Source: an uncultured Gemmataceae bacterium
GTDB taxonomy: Bacteria > Planctomycetota > Planctomycetia > Gemmatales > Gemmataceae
Direction of reading: 5' to 3'
DNA: 64,000 nucleotides
NCBI GenBank assembly: GCA_963750165.1
Contig: CAVVPN010000012.1
Location: forward strand, 640,001 to 704,000
Part shown: positions 18,157 through 29,322 of the stretch, piece by piece
Layout of the letters: each line of letters opens with the position of its first letter
Position numbering within the stretch: position 1 is the first letter of the stretch
Program-made: the position numbers and the translations under genes
Notes under the pieces: model-generated
Told to the model about the DNA's origin: nothing
What the model saw: only the letters and a program-made list of their open reading frames with translations
The model's database searches: none

Positions 18157-20556
18157 ATGAATGCGCTTTACTGGTTTTGCGTCGGCTCCATACGAAAGCC
18201 GCGGAGGCGACCGGTTCGCCGCCCGTTGCGGCGGCCCGAAATCGAATCGCTGGAAGACCGTTGTGTGCCGACAGGCAGCAGCTACCGGCCCATTGACGAG
18301 GTCGGCAACAATGTGGCCAATCCGAACTGGGGGGCGGCGGGCACCGATCTCACGCGCCTCACCCCGGCCGAGTACGCTGATGGCGTGGATGCCCCCTCGC
18401 TGCCCCTGGCACCAAACCCGCGCCTGATTTCCAACATCGTAAACAATCAGGCGGACCCCGCCAATCCGGCGCAGGACCTCGCCACGGTCAATCAGCAGTC
18501 GTTATCGGATTTCGCCTTCGCCTTCGGTCAATTCATGGATCACGACATGGATCTGACCATCGACACCGGCGCCTCCGATCCCATCGCGGTGCCACCCGGC
18601 GACCCGATTGGCGGGCCGGCTGACACGCCGCTGGCCTTCAACCGCTCGCTGACCGATCCCGCGACCGGCACCGGCCCCGGCAACCCGGCCCAGGATGTTA
18701 ACTCCATCACGTCCTATCTCGACCTGTCGCAGGTGTACGGCTCCGACCTGGCGACCGACAACGCCCTGCGGACCATGGTCGGCGGCCAGATGAAGACCAG
18801 TCCGGGCGGTTTGCCGCCCCTGGACAATGGGACGTACTTCACCGCGACGCAGCTGGCCACGATCAACGCCTCCGTCGGCGGCATGGCGGACGCCGGGCCG
18901 TTGCCGCAGACCGCCATGTTCGTCACCGGCGACAGCCGTGGCAACGAGGCCCTGGACCTGACCTCCCTCCAGGTTCTCTTCCTGGACAACCACAACCGCA
19001 TCGCCGCCGCACTCCAGCGGGAAAACCCCAGCTGGACCGACGAGAAGCTGTTCCAGGAGGCCCGCAAGCTCAACATCGCCGAGTATCAATCGATCGTCTA
19101 CAACGAATGGATTCCCGCCGTGCTCGGCAGCAACGCACTGTCGCCCTACACCGGCTACAAACCCGGCGTCAACGCCACCATCGCCAATGAGTTCTCCACC
19201 GTGGCGTTCCGCTTCGGCCACTCCCTGCTCGGCCCGGACGTGATCCGGCAGGGCAACAACGGTCTCAACGTGGCGCCCGCCGTGAGTCTGGCCGCGGACT
19301 TCTTCGACCCCAACATCCTCAACGGCCAGGGCCAGCCGGCGACGACGGACCAGATGACCGGACTGCCGACCACCAGCATCGCGGCCGTCCTGAAGGGCGC
19401 CGCCGACCAGAACGCCCAGGCGATGGACGAGCAGACCATCAATGAAGTCCGCAACCTGCTCTTCAACGAGGTCGTGCCCGGCGTCGGCTTCGGCCAGGAT
19501 CTGATCGCGCTCGACATCGAGCGGGCTCGCGATCACGGCATCGGCTCGTACAACCAGGTCCGTGAAGCGCTGGGGCTGCCGGACGTGACCAGTTTCGCGC
19601 AGATTACGAGCAACGTTCAGGTGCAGCACGAGTTGGAAACGGCCTATAACAACAACATCAACAACGTGGACGCCTTCGAGGGCGGCCTGGCCGAGGACCC
19701 GGTGCCTGGTTCCATTCTCGGCCCGCTGTTCCAGACGATCCTCGTCGATCAGTTCACCAACCTCCGCAATGGCGACCGCTTCTTTTACCTGAACGAGCAA
19801 TTCAGCCCGCAAGAAATGGCCATCCTGCAGCAGGGGAACACGCTGGCCAAGGTCATCGAGGTGAACACCGGCATCACCAACCTGCAGAGCAACGTGTTCT
19901 TCTTCCAGGCGTCCATCAGCGGGGAAGTATCCCTCGCGTCGGGCGGGTCTGGGCAACCTGGCGTGGCCGGCGTCACTGTCCAGCTGCAGGACGGCAGCGG
20001 CAACGTCCTGGCCACGACCGTGACGAACAGCCAGGGCCAGTACACCTTCAACCAGCTCAGCGGCCCAGCGGCCAATCCGGAAATCGCTTCGGGAGTCAGC
20101 GGCACCGGGTACTACCATGTGGTGCTGGTCCTGCCCCCCACGCTGCAACAGGCGTCGCCGAATCCGGGCTCGATCCTGATTAGCCGTGGCGGCATGAATG
20201 TGAGCGGCGTCGATTTCGTGGTCGCGCATCCGGCGACGCACTTCGAGATGGTGGCGCTGGCCCCGGCCATGGCGGGGATGCCGACGCCGTTCATCGTCAT
20301 GGCCCTGGACGCTTCCGACCAACTCGCGGCCGGCTACACCGGCACGGTTCAGTTCGTTAGCAGCGATCACGGCGCGACGATGCCGGCCGACTACACGTTC
20401 GTGCCGTCCGATCACGGCATGCATCTGTTCTGGATGTCCTTCGCCACGCCGGGGACCCAGAGCATGACCGTGACGGATATGTCGAGTAGCTTGATTGCGG
20501 GGAGCATCGTGGACATGGTGCTCCTGCCGCCGTGGTGGCGCTTGCCCATTTTCTGA
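18157..20556 (+). CDS. Exported animal-type heme peroxidase (peroxidase-cyclooxygenase superfamily) with SdrD-B-like and Ig-like tail domains
   Basis: IESLEDR export-type motif; FGQFMDHD, GDSRGNE, AFRFGHS, ERARDHG, GDRFFY; GVAGVTVQL..TTVTNSQGQYTF. Confidence 0.88.
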   Translation: MNALYWFCVGSIRKPRRRPVRRPLRRPEIESLEDRCVPTGSSYRPIDEVGNNVANPNWGAAGTDLTRLTPAEYADGVDAPSLPLAPNPRLISNIVNNQADPANPAQDLATVNQQSLSDFAFAFGQFMDHDMDLTIDTGASDPIAVPPGDPIGGPADTPLAFNRSLTDPATGTGPGNPAQDVNSITSYLDLSQVYGSDLATDNALRTMVGGQMKTSPGGLPPLDNGTYFTATQLATINASVGGMADAGPLPQTAMFVTGDSRGNEALDLTSLQVLFLDNHNRIAAALQRENPSWTDEKLFQEARKLNIAEYQSIVYNEWIPAVLGSNALSPYTGYKPGVNATIANEFSTVAFRFGHSLLGPDVIRQGNNGLNVAPAVSLAADFFDPNILNGQGQPATTDQMTGLPTTSIAAVLKGAADQNAQAMDEQTINEVRNLLFNEVVPGVGFGQDLIALDIERARDHGIGSYNQVREALGLPDVTSFAQITSNVQVQHELETAYNNNINNVDAFEGGLAEDPVPGSILGPLFQTILVDQFTNLRNGDRFFYLNEQFSPQEMAILQQGNTLAKVIEVNTGITNLQSNVFFFQASISGEVSLASGGSGQPGVAGVTVQLQDGSGNVLATTVTNSQGQYTFNQLSGPAANPEIASGVSGTGYYHVVLVLPPTLQQASPNPGSILISRGGMNVSGVDFVVAHPATHFEMVALAPAMAGMPTPFIVMALDASDQLAAGYTGTVQFVSSDHGATMPADYTFVPSDHGMHLFWMSFATPGTQSMTVTDMSSSLIAGSIVDMVLLPPWWRLPIF

Positions 20557-20641
20557 AATTAAACTCTGCCCGGGGCCGTTTTCGTCTCGCGCGCTGAAAG
20601 TCGCGCGAAACGAAAACGGCCCCGGGCCGGTTGCGCGGCAA

Positions 20642-20741
20642 TTGTCCTTCGTTAGCGTGATCTTATCCAGCACTTCGCCGTTGTTACCTACGGCCCGCAG
20701 CTCCAGCCGCGCCGGCGTCAGATCCAGCACCACGAACGAGT
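20642..20741 (-). repeat. Diverged duplicate of the last 100 bp of the metallophosphoesterase gene (24104-24203)
   Basis: 85/100 identical by hand count, with a 23-bp exact block CAGATCCAGCACCACGAACGAGT. Confidence 0.85.
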
Positions 20742-21078
20742 ACTCGAGGTGGCCTGGTCCGGAGACCAGGCTACGGGCTGCGACCGAAGGTCTCCTCCGG
20801 TCGGGGAGAGCCTCGGTCACAAGTGTTTCCTTCAAGAGACGGTGCCACAACAGAATGCGGACACCATAAAAGAAATTCACGCACGCCATTTGCGTCCCAG
20901 AATCGAGGCGGTTACACTGCCGCTGAGATCAAAAACTGGCAACCGTTCCTGGATCGGGCGACCTGGGATCAAGGTTCGGTATTGAGCAACAATGATGCTC
21001 CAGGGCTGAACGCTGCCGGCGGGTCTCCATTTCTGTGATAGGCGAGCAACGGCGTAATGGTACTCAGGCGAGGTCATC

Positions 21079-22699
21079 ATGCAACGACAGGGGACAACAT
21101 GGCGCTGGTTGACGGCACTGCTCCTGCTGAGCCATTGCGGCCCGAATAGCTTCGCCGCGGGCCCCGACAGGGACGATGCACCCAAACCGCTACCGCCGGA
21201 GATCGTCAAGGCGTGGCAGGACGCCGGGCGCAGTTCGGGTTCGTTGGAGAGGACCACGTTTTCAGAATGGGCGAGGGGTTGCCCGGCGACGTGCCCGCCT
21301 TCTTCTGCGAACGGCTGGCAGTGGGTGTGCTGCCGAAGTTGCCGGTTCCGCCCCGCGCGTTCGGAATCGACCTCGGCCAGAAGGCGACGGACGCGCGCCT
21401 GAAGGAACTGGTCGGCCTGAAGCATCTTACCGTCCTTCGTCTGAGCTACGACAAGGGTATCACCGAAAAAGGGATGAAGGAACTGGCGGCCCTGCACGAC
21501 CTCAGGACGCTCTTTCTGTTCGGGCCCAACCTCAAGCCTGAGAGCCTGAAGGAACTGGGCCGGCTGAAAAAGCTCACGAACCTGTACCTGGCAACGAGCG
21601 ATGCAGGGCTGAAGCACCTGGACGGGTTCGAGCAACTCACCACCCTGCACGTCGTCGGCAACAGGATCACCGACGCCGGCGTGAAGGAAATCGTCCGGCT
21701 GCCGAACATCCGCACACTTTCTCTGCAAACCGGTAAGCTCACGGCGGCGGGGCTGAAGGAATTGCGTGGCCTCAGAAACCTCCGGTCGCTTCTCCTCATC
21801 GGCTTCAAGGTGACCGACGCGGAGATGAAGGAACTGGCCGGCATCGAGCATCTCTCCTCGCTACGGCTGTCGGTAGAATTTACGGAGGCGGGGCTGAAGC
21901 AGCTGGCCGGCCTCACGAACCTCACGTCGTTAAAGTTGGAAGGCAGCCAGCTGCTGCTCGAAGGCACGCCACGGGCGTCGGCGTGAATGGATTGAAGGAA
22001 TTGGCCGCCCTGAAGAATCTGATGTCGCTTGACCTTGAACTCACCTTTTATGAGGACCTGAAATCCCTGGCGGGCCTCAAGAAGCTCAGGACGCTCAACC
22101 TGTCGAATAACATGGTGACGAATGCCGAGTTGAGCCATTTGACCGGCCTGATAGATCTCACCGCGCTGGAGTTGACCGGCACCCGGGTGACCGATGCCGG
22201 GTTAAAGCACCTGTCCAGTCTCACGAAGCTCACCAGGCTGAACCTGCGATCCCAAGATAATGTGGGCGGCCCCGTCGTGACGGACGTGGGACTGAAGGAA
22301 CTGGCCGGCTTGAAGAACCTCACCACGCTGGACCTGTCCGACAACAAGGTGACCGACGCAGGGTTGAAGGCACTGGCCGGAATGACGAGCCTGCGCAGGC
22401 TGGCCCTGGACCGCACGAAGGTGACGGACGCGGGGCTGAAGGAACTGGCCGGGCATAAGACCCTGCAACGGCTCGACCTGGTCGAAACCAACGTGACGGA
22501 CGCGGGGCTGAAAGCACTGGCGGGACTGACCGGCCTGCACGGGCTGGAACTTCGGCACACCAGGGTGACCGACACTGGGCTCAAGCAACTGGCCGCCCTG
22601 AAGAGCTTGCGCTGGCTGGACCTGTCCGGCACCAGGGTAACGCCAGCGGGCGTTGCCGCGCTGCAAAAGGAATTGCCGGAGTGCAGGATCCAACGTTAA
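21079..22699 (+). pseudogene. Secreted leucine-rich-repeat protein broken by two frameshifts (about 21227 and 21960)
   Basis: Signal peptide + KPLPPEIVKAWQDAG, then VTDAGLKELAGLxxL repeats continuing over three successive frames. Confidence 0.75.
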
Positions 22700-22830
22700 G
22701 TTAGCGTGCGGAGACGGAGTTGAAGAGGATCATGGGTCCGTCTGAACCAACCGCTGCGGCAGATCGGACAGGCGCTGACGGCTGTCCACATTCAACACCT
22801 CGCGCCGCGTGAGCCGACCGCCGAGCAGCC

Positions 22831-22884
22831 TGGGACTTCTTTGCGTGGAGGGCATCATGGGACTTCTTTGCGTGGAGGGCATCA
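22831..22884 (+). repeat. Exact 27-bp tandem duplication that includes the RBS and recreates an in-frame ATG
   Basis: TGGGACTTCTTTGCGTGGAGGGCATCA x2. Confidence 0.9.
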
Positions 22885-24017
22885 TGGCGCGACAACGCTG
22901 GGCAGCGGTGGTGGCGACGTTGCTGGGGTGCCTGGTCCTGCCAGTTACCGTCAGCGGCGATGAGGCCACGGCGACGGAGGCAATCAACAAGTTGAAGGGC
23001 TCGGTCCAGGTGGATGCCAAACGACCCGGCAAGCCCGTCGTCGGCGTGCGCCTCGACTTCACGGAGGTGACGGACGAGAGGCTTAAGGTGCTCAAGGATC
23101 TGCAGAGCCTGGAGTCGCTGGAACTTTATCAAACCCGGGTTACTGACGCAGGGCTGAAGACCATCCGGGAACTTAAGCACCTGCAACGACTGGGGCTCGG
23201 CAGCACGCGCGTCACAGACGCGGGCCTCAAGGAACTGGCCCCCCTGGAGCGGCTGCGGAGCCTGAACCTCACCCTCACGGCAGTGACCGGTTCCGGCCTG
23301 AAACACCTCACGCCGCTGAAGGAACTCCAGACGCTTTACCTTCAGGGGACGCAGGTTAACGACGACGCCCTCAAGGAACTGGCCGCCCTCAAGGGAATCC
23401 GATCGCTGGACCTCAGAGACACCCAGGTAACGGACGCCGGCCTCAAGGAACTGGCCGCACTGCCGCAACTGGAAGGCCTGGACCTTGGCAGCGCGGGCAT
23501 TGGGGGAGAGGTGTTTACGCGAATCACGGATGCGGGCCTCAAGCACGTGGCCGCTCTCAAGCGACTCCGCTTTCTGAACCTGGGCCGAACCAAGGTCACG
23601 GATGCCGGGCTGAAGGAGTTAACGGGGCTGAAGGGCCTGCAAACACTGTCGCTCGCCTTCACCAAAGTTACCGACGCAGGGTTGAACGAGTTGAAAGGAT
23701 TCAGGAGTTTGCAGACGTTGCACCTTCAGAAAACCCGCATTACCGACGTGGGCCTGAAAGCGGTGGCGGAATTGAAGGACCTGCAGACGCTCGTTCTGTT
23801 CGACACCCCGATTACCGACGCGGGGCTGAAGGAATTGCGTCAACTCACCAAGCTGCAAACCCTTTCTCTCAGCAGCACCCGGGTCACGGACGCAGGGTTG
23901 GAGCACCTGAACGGCCTCACGAATTTGCAAGAACTGTCCCTCGTTGGCACCCAGGTCACGGACGCGGGGGCCAATGCATTCAAGGCAGCGCGCCCCAAGC
24001 TTCGGATTATTCGCTAA
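22884..24017 (+). CDS. Secreted leucine-rich-repeat protein (24-aa repeats)
   Basis: Signal peptide, DAKRPGKPVVGVRL cap, about 12 LxLxxTxVTDAGLKEL repeats. Confidence 0.9.
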   Translation: MARQRWAAVVATLLGCLVLPVTVSGDEATATEAINKLKGSVQVDAKRPGKPVVGVRLDFTEVTDERLKVLKDLQSLESLELYQTRVTDAGLKTIRELKHLQRLGLGSTRVTDAGLKELAPLERLRSLNLTLTAVTGSGLKHLTPLKELQTLYLQGTQVNDDALKELAALKGIRSLDLRDTQVTDAGLKELAALPQLEGLDLGSAGIGGEVFTRITDAGLKHVAALKRLRFLNLGRTKVTDAGLKELTGLKGLQTLSLAFTKVTDAGLNELKGFRSLQTLHLQKTRITDVGLKAVAELKDLQTLVLFDTPITDAGLKELRQLTKLQTLSLSSTRVTDAGLEHLNGLTNLQELSLVGTQVTDAGANAFKAARPKLRIIR

Positions 24018-24099
24018 CGGTTGTGGCGGCATGAGGCGGGCGGACGCCGCGCCGCTCACCTCATGCCGCCACACTTTTGAACCAGGGTCGCGAACCGCT

Positions 24100-25644
24100 T
24101 CACTTGCCCTTCGTGAGCGTGACCTGGTCCAGCACGTCGCCGTTGGCGCCGACAGCCCGCAGTTCCAGCTGCTCCGGCGCCAGATCCAGCACCACGAACG
24201 AGTGCCGATCCACGATCATCTTCGCCGTGTACTCGACGTAATTGTTCTCCTTGTAGGTTTTCTTAAGATACGGCAGCGTCTTCTCAATGCCGGGGCCATA
24301 CAGGCTGGCGCCGCCGCCGCCCGCGACAATGTGAATCACGCCCTGCGCCTGCGTCACCTTCTTGCCGTCAAAGGCGGTATCCAGCGTGAACGTGCCGTTG
24401 ACCTTGCCCTTGACCAGGCCCTTGCCGTCCGGGGCAAACTTGAGCGGCACCGTGCGCTGGTAGTTGTGGACGTGGCCGCCAAAGGTCAGGTCCACGCCGC
24501 ACTCCTCGAACAGCGGCTGCAACGTCCGGACCTGCTGCTCGGCGTAGTGCGACTTGGAACTCTGGAAGCCCGGCTGGTGAAAGCACACGATCTTCCATTT
24601 CGCGCTGGTCCCTTGCAGGTCGGCCCGCAGCCACTTCAAGAAGGCCGGATCATGAATCGCCATGCCCTTGTTGACGTTGAGCACCGCGAAGTGCGCCGGG
24701 CCGTAGTCGAAGGAGTAGGCGTCCATGTTGGGGTAGCTGTCGGCCGCGGCGGCGCGGAACTTCGCGGCCACCGCCTCGTTGTCGCCGAGCTTCGTCGCCC
24801 ACGGCCCCTCACCCGGGCCGCCCTTCGGCGGCGCGAAGAACAGGTAGGCCGCCAGCGCGTCCGGCACCGCCGGCAGTTTGGCGCCGATGTCGTGGTTGCC
24901 GAGCACCGGGTAGAACGGCACTGTCGCCATCAGCGGCGCACCCGTCTTCGGACTCGGGTCCTTCACGTCGTTATACGTCGGCCAGAAGTACGCCATGTAC
25001 TGGATGGCGCGGCCGGTCGGATACACGATGTCGCCCAGCGCCACCAGGAAATCCGGCTTTTGCTGGCTGATCTGGTACGCGATCGGTTGCTGATACAGCC
25101 GCCCCTGAGCCATGTCGCCGACCAGCACGCAGCGCACCGACTTGTCCGCCGTGGCCCGCGTGCGGAACGTTGCCTCGCGCACCACCTTGACGCCGAGCTT
25201 CACCCGGTAGCGCACGGCGCTGTTGAACGGCAGGCCGCCCAGGTGCGCCGTGTAGCGGAAGTAGTGCTGCTCCTTCTCCGGCAGCGGCGGCACCTTGGGC
25301 TCCTTCTTTTCCTGCGGCTCCTCTTCGACCTTGGGCTTCTTGACTTCCTTCGCGGGCTCCTTGTCCTTGACCTTCTTGGGTTTGTAGGCCGCGAAGTCCA
25401 GGGCGATGCGCTCCACCTTGGCGGTGCGCGTCGGGCCGTCGCCGACGGTGTATTCCACCACGAACGCGCCCGGCGTCTGGTCGGTCAACCAGCGAAGGAC
25501 TTTCACGTCCGAGCCGGTCAGTGTGCGGCCGTCGCCGGGCTGCACGTAGGGCAGGACCAGGACGGTTTGTGCAGACGCCGGCAGCCAGGTCAGGGCAGTC
25601 AGCACCGCGGCGGCGAAACCGCGCAGCAGGAGGGTGCGGCTCAT
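24100..25644 (-). CDS. Secreted purple-acid-phosphatase-like metallophosphoesterase
   Basis: VGDMA, LGDIVY, LGNHD, FHQP, GHVHNYQR. Confidence 0.9.
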   Translation of the reverse strand: MSRTLLLRGFAAAVLTALTWLPASAQTVLVLPYVQPGDGRTLTGSDVKVLRWLTDQTPGAFVVEYTVGDGPTRTAKVERIALDFAAYKPKKVKDKEPAKEVKKPKVEEEPQEKKEPKVPPLPEKEQHYFRYTAHLGGLPFNSAVRYRVKLGVKVVREATFRTRATADKSVRCVLVGDMAQGRLYQQPIAYQISQQKPDFLVALGDIVYPTGRAIQYMAYFWPTYNDVKDPSPKTGAPLMATVPFYPVLGNHDIGAKLPAVPDALAAYLFFAPPKGGPGEGPWATKLGDNEAVAAKFRAAAADSYPNMDAYSFDYGPAHFAVLNVNKGMAIHDPAFLKWLRADLQGTSAKWKIVCFHQPGFQSSKSHYAEQQVRTLQPLFEECGVDLTFGGHVHNYQRTVPLKFAPDGKGLVKGKVNGTFTLDTAFDGKKVTQAQGVIHIVAGGGGASLYGPGIEKTLPYLKKTYKENNYVEYTAKMIVDRHSFVVLDLAPEQLELRAVGANGDVLDQVTLTKGK

Positions 25645-25825
25645 TGCGCGTCAACTCCAGAAGAGAGGGGTGAGAAAAAAGCTCCCGTGTGGTTGTAATA
25701 GGAATGTGTGAGGAAATGTCGAATTCGCTGTGAAAACGCGGCGTGGGGAACGGCCGCTTGACCGCCGCGACTCCAACCGGTAACACAACGGGACAGCTTT
25801 CCCCGACTCTCCCTGGAGGCGCACC

Positions 25826-27073
<1,248 letters not shown>

Positions 27074-27089
27074 CAGTAGGAGAGCAGGA

Positions 27090-28118
27090 ATGAAGGCGTT
27101 ACAACTGGAGGCCCCGCAGCGCTGGAAGCGCATCGAGGTGGACGCGCCGGCGCGGCCGGGGCCGGGCGAGGCACTGGTGCGCGTCCACCGCGTCGGCATC
27201 TGCGGCACGGACATCAGCGGCTATCTCGGCAAGATGCCTTTCTTCAGCTACCCGCGCATCCCCGGTCACGAGCTGGGCGTCGAGGTGGTCGAGGTCGGCG
27301 CCGGCGTGGACAACGTGCGGCCCGGCGACCGCTGCTCCGTCGAGCCGTACATCAACTGTCAGAAGTGCTACTCCTGCACACGCGGCCACACCAATTGCTG
27401 CGAACACCATCAGACGCTCGGCGTCCACTGCGACGGCGGGCTGCGGCCGCAGTTTCTGGTGCCCGCCCGGAAGCTGCACGTCTCGCGCACGCTGAGCTTC
27501 GAGCAACTGGCGTTGGTGGAGACGCTGGCGATCGGCTGTCACGCGATCAACCGCGGCAAGCCGCAGTCGGGCGAACACGTGCTCGTGCTCGGTGCCGGCC
27601 CCATCGGGCTGTCGGTGATCGAGTTTGCGAAGCTCACGGGGGCGCGCACCATCGTCATGGACATGAACGAGCAACGGCTGGCCTTCGTGCGCAACGCCAT
27701 GAAGGTGCCGGACACCATGCTGGTCAAGGGCGATGGCTCGGAGCTGACGGCGTTCACGGAACTGACGGGTGGCAAACTCGGCCAGGTGGTCGTGGACGCG
27801 ACCGGCAGCAACAGGTCGATGGGCCACGCCTTGAATTACGTCGGGTTCGCGGGCCGGCTGGTGTTCGTCGGCATCACGACGCAGGAGATCAGTTTCCCGC
27901 ACCCGCTGATGCACCGCCGCGAGATGACGCTGCTGGCCAGCCGCAACGCCCTGACCGCGGACTTCGCCCGCATCATCCAGTTGATCGAGGACGGACGGAT
28001 TGACACGCGGCCGTGGATCACGCACCGGCCGGCGTTCGATGAGCTGATCGAGGTGTTTCCGTCGTACACGCGGCCGGAGACGGGCGTCATCAAGGCGATC
28101 GTGGACGTGGGCGTTTGA
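27090..28118 (+). CDS. Zn-dependent sugar-acid dehydrogenase (L-galactonate 5-dehydrogenase-like)
   Basis: GICGTD, YPRIPGHE, CxxCxxC..C, GAGPIG, TLLASRNA. Confidence 0.8.
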   Translation: MKALQLEAPQRWKRIEVDAPARPGPGEALVRVHRVGICGTDISGYLGKMPFFSYPRIPGHELGVEVVEVGAGVDNVRPGDRCSVEPYINCQKCYSCTRGHTNCCEHHQTLGVHCDGGLRPQFLVPARKLHVSRTLSFEQLALVETLAIGCHAINRGKPQSGEHVLVLGAGPIGLSVIEFAKLTGARTIVMDMNEQRLAFVRNAMKVPDTMLVKGDGSELTAFTELTGGKLGQVVVDATGSNRSMGHALNYVGFAGRLVFVGITTQEISFPHPLMHRREMTLLASRNALTADFARIIQLIEDGRIDTRPWITHRPAFDELIEVFPSYTRPETGVIKAIVDVGV

Positions 28119-28147
28119 CCGCTCGGGCTCGGATGAGGAGAACGCAA

Positions 28148-29296
28148 GTGACTTCGGCACCCGAGACCGTGTTGCAGTTCGGCGCCGGCCGCTTCCTGCG
28201 CGGCTTCGCCGACCGCTTCCTCCAGCAGGCCAACGACCAGGGCCAGCCCGTCGGCCGCGTCGTCATCGTGCAGTCCACGCCCGGCGCCCGCGCCGACCTG
28301 CTCAACAGCCAGCCGGACGGCTATCACGTCCTGGTGCGCGGCATCGAGGACGGCGCAACCGTCGAGCGCGTCGAGCCGGTGCGCTGCGTCAGCCGGGCGC
28401 TGGCGGCCGACGGCCAGTGGGAGCAGGTGCTGGCGCTGGCGCGGTCGCCGCAGTTGCGCTACGTCATTTCCAACTCAACCGAATCGGGCTTCAACCTGGA
28501 ACCGGGTGACGAACTGAGCGCGGCGCCGCCGCGGTCGCTGCCGGCCAAACTGACACAACTGCTATGGCACCGCTTCCAGGCGGGGGGCCGGCCGCTCGTG
28601 CTGCTGCCCTGCGAACTCATCGAACGCAACGCCGACAAGCTGCGCGAGCTGGTCGTCCAGCTGGCCAGGCAGTGGGGTCTGCCGGAGAAGTTCGCGGCCT
28701 GGGTGCGCGAGCAGTGCGTCTGGCCGTGCAGCCTGGTCGATTGCATCATCACCGACCCGCAGCCGCACGAACACCCGCTGACCGCCAGTGACAGGCTGCT
28801 CGTCTGCGCCGAGCCCTACGCGCTGTGGGCGCTGGAGCGGCCCGCGTCCGGTCAGCCGGACTTCTTCACGCACCCGGCCATCGAATGGGTCGATGACCTG
28901 GAGCCGTATTTTCTGCGGAAGGTGCGCATCCTGAACGGCCTGCACACTGCTATGGTCTGTCAGTTCTACGGCGCCGGTTACGAGACGGTGCAGGACGTGC
29001 TCGCGGACAAACAGGCGGCCCGCTGGGTGCGCAGCCTGGTCTTCGAGGAGATCGTGCCGACGATTGCGTACCGCGTGCCGGAGGTGGCGGCGTTCGCGGA
29101 CCAGGTGTGGGACCGCCTCCGCAACCCGTTCACCCGACACCTGCTGTCGAACATCGCCAAGATGCACGCCGACAAGGTGCGCGTCCGCCTGGAGACGACG
29201 CGCCAGGAATATGAGCGGCTGTTCGGTAAGTCCCCGCGGCGCCTGACCGAGGCCCTGGCGCGGGGCGACGTTGGCGTGACGGCAGGGCATGCGTAG
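28148..29296 (+). CDS. uxaB: Altronate/tagaturonate oxidoreductase (mannitol dehydrogenase family)
   Basis: VLQFGAGRFLRGFAD, ISNSTESG, LPCELIERN, AEPYALW, RKVRILNGLHT, NPF. Confidence 0.75.
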   Translation: MTSAPETVLQFGAGRFLRGFADRFLQQANDQGQPVGRVVIVQSTPGARADLLNSQPDGYHVLVRGIEDGATVERVEPVRCVSRALAADGQWEQVLALARSPQLRYVISNSTESGFNLEPGDELSAAPPRSLPAKLTQLLWHRFQAGGRPLVLLPCELIERNADKLRELVVQLARQWGLPEKFAAWVREQCVWPCSLVDCIITDPQPHEHPLTASDRLLVCAEPYALWALERPASGQPDFFTHPAIEWVDDLEPYFLRKVRILNGLHTAMVCQFYGAGYETVQDVLADKQAARWVRSLVFEEIVPTIAYRVPEVAAFADQVWDRLRNPFTRHLLSNIAKMHADKVRVRLETTRQEYERLFGKSPRRLTEALARGDVGVTAGHA

Positions 29297-29322
29297 CACT
29301 AAAACCCCGGAGAGGTCGTCCC

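Noticed and set aside
18502..20889. Long antisense ORFs (795 aa here; also 44358-47030, 23944-25698, 51117-52820 and others)
   Set aside because: Shadows of well-supported opposite-strand genes in high-GC DNA, with no recognisable motifs apart from the duplicated phosphoesterase tail
20930..21050. Further attC site upstream of the first LRR gene
   Set aside because: Only a vague resemblance; I could not pair the arms convincingly
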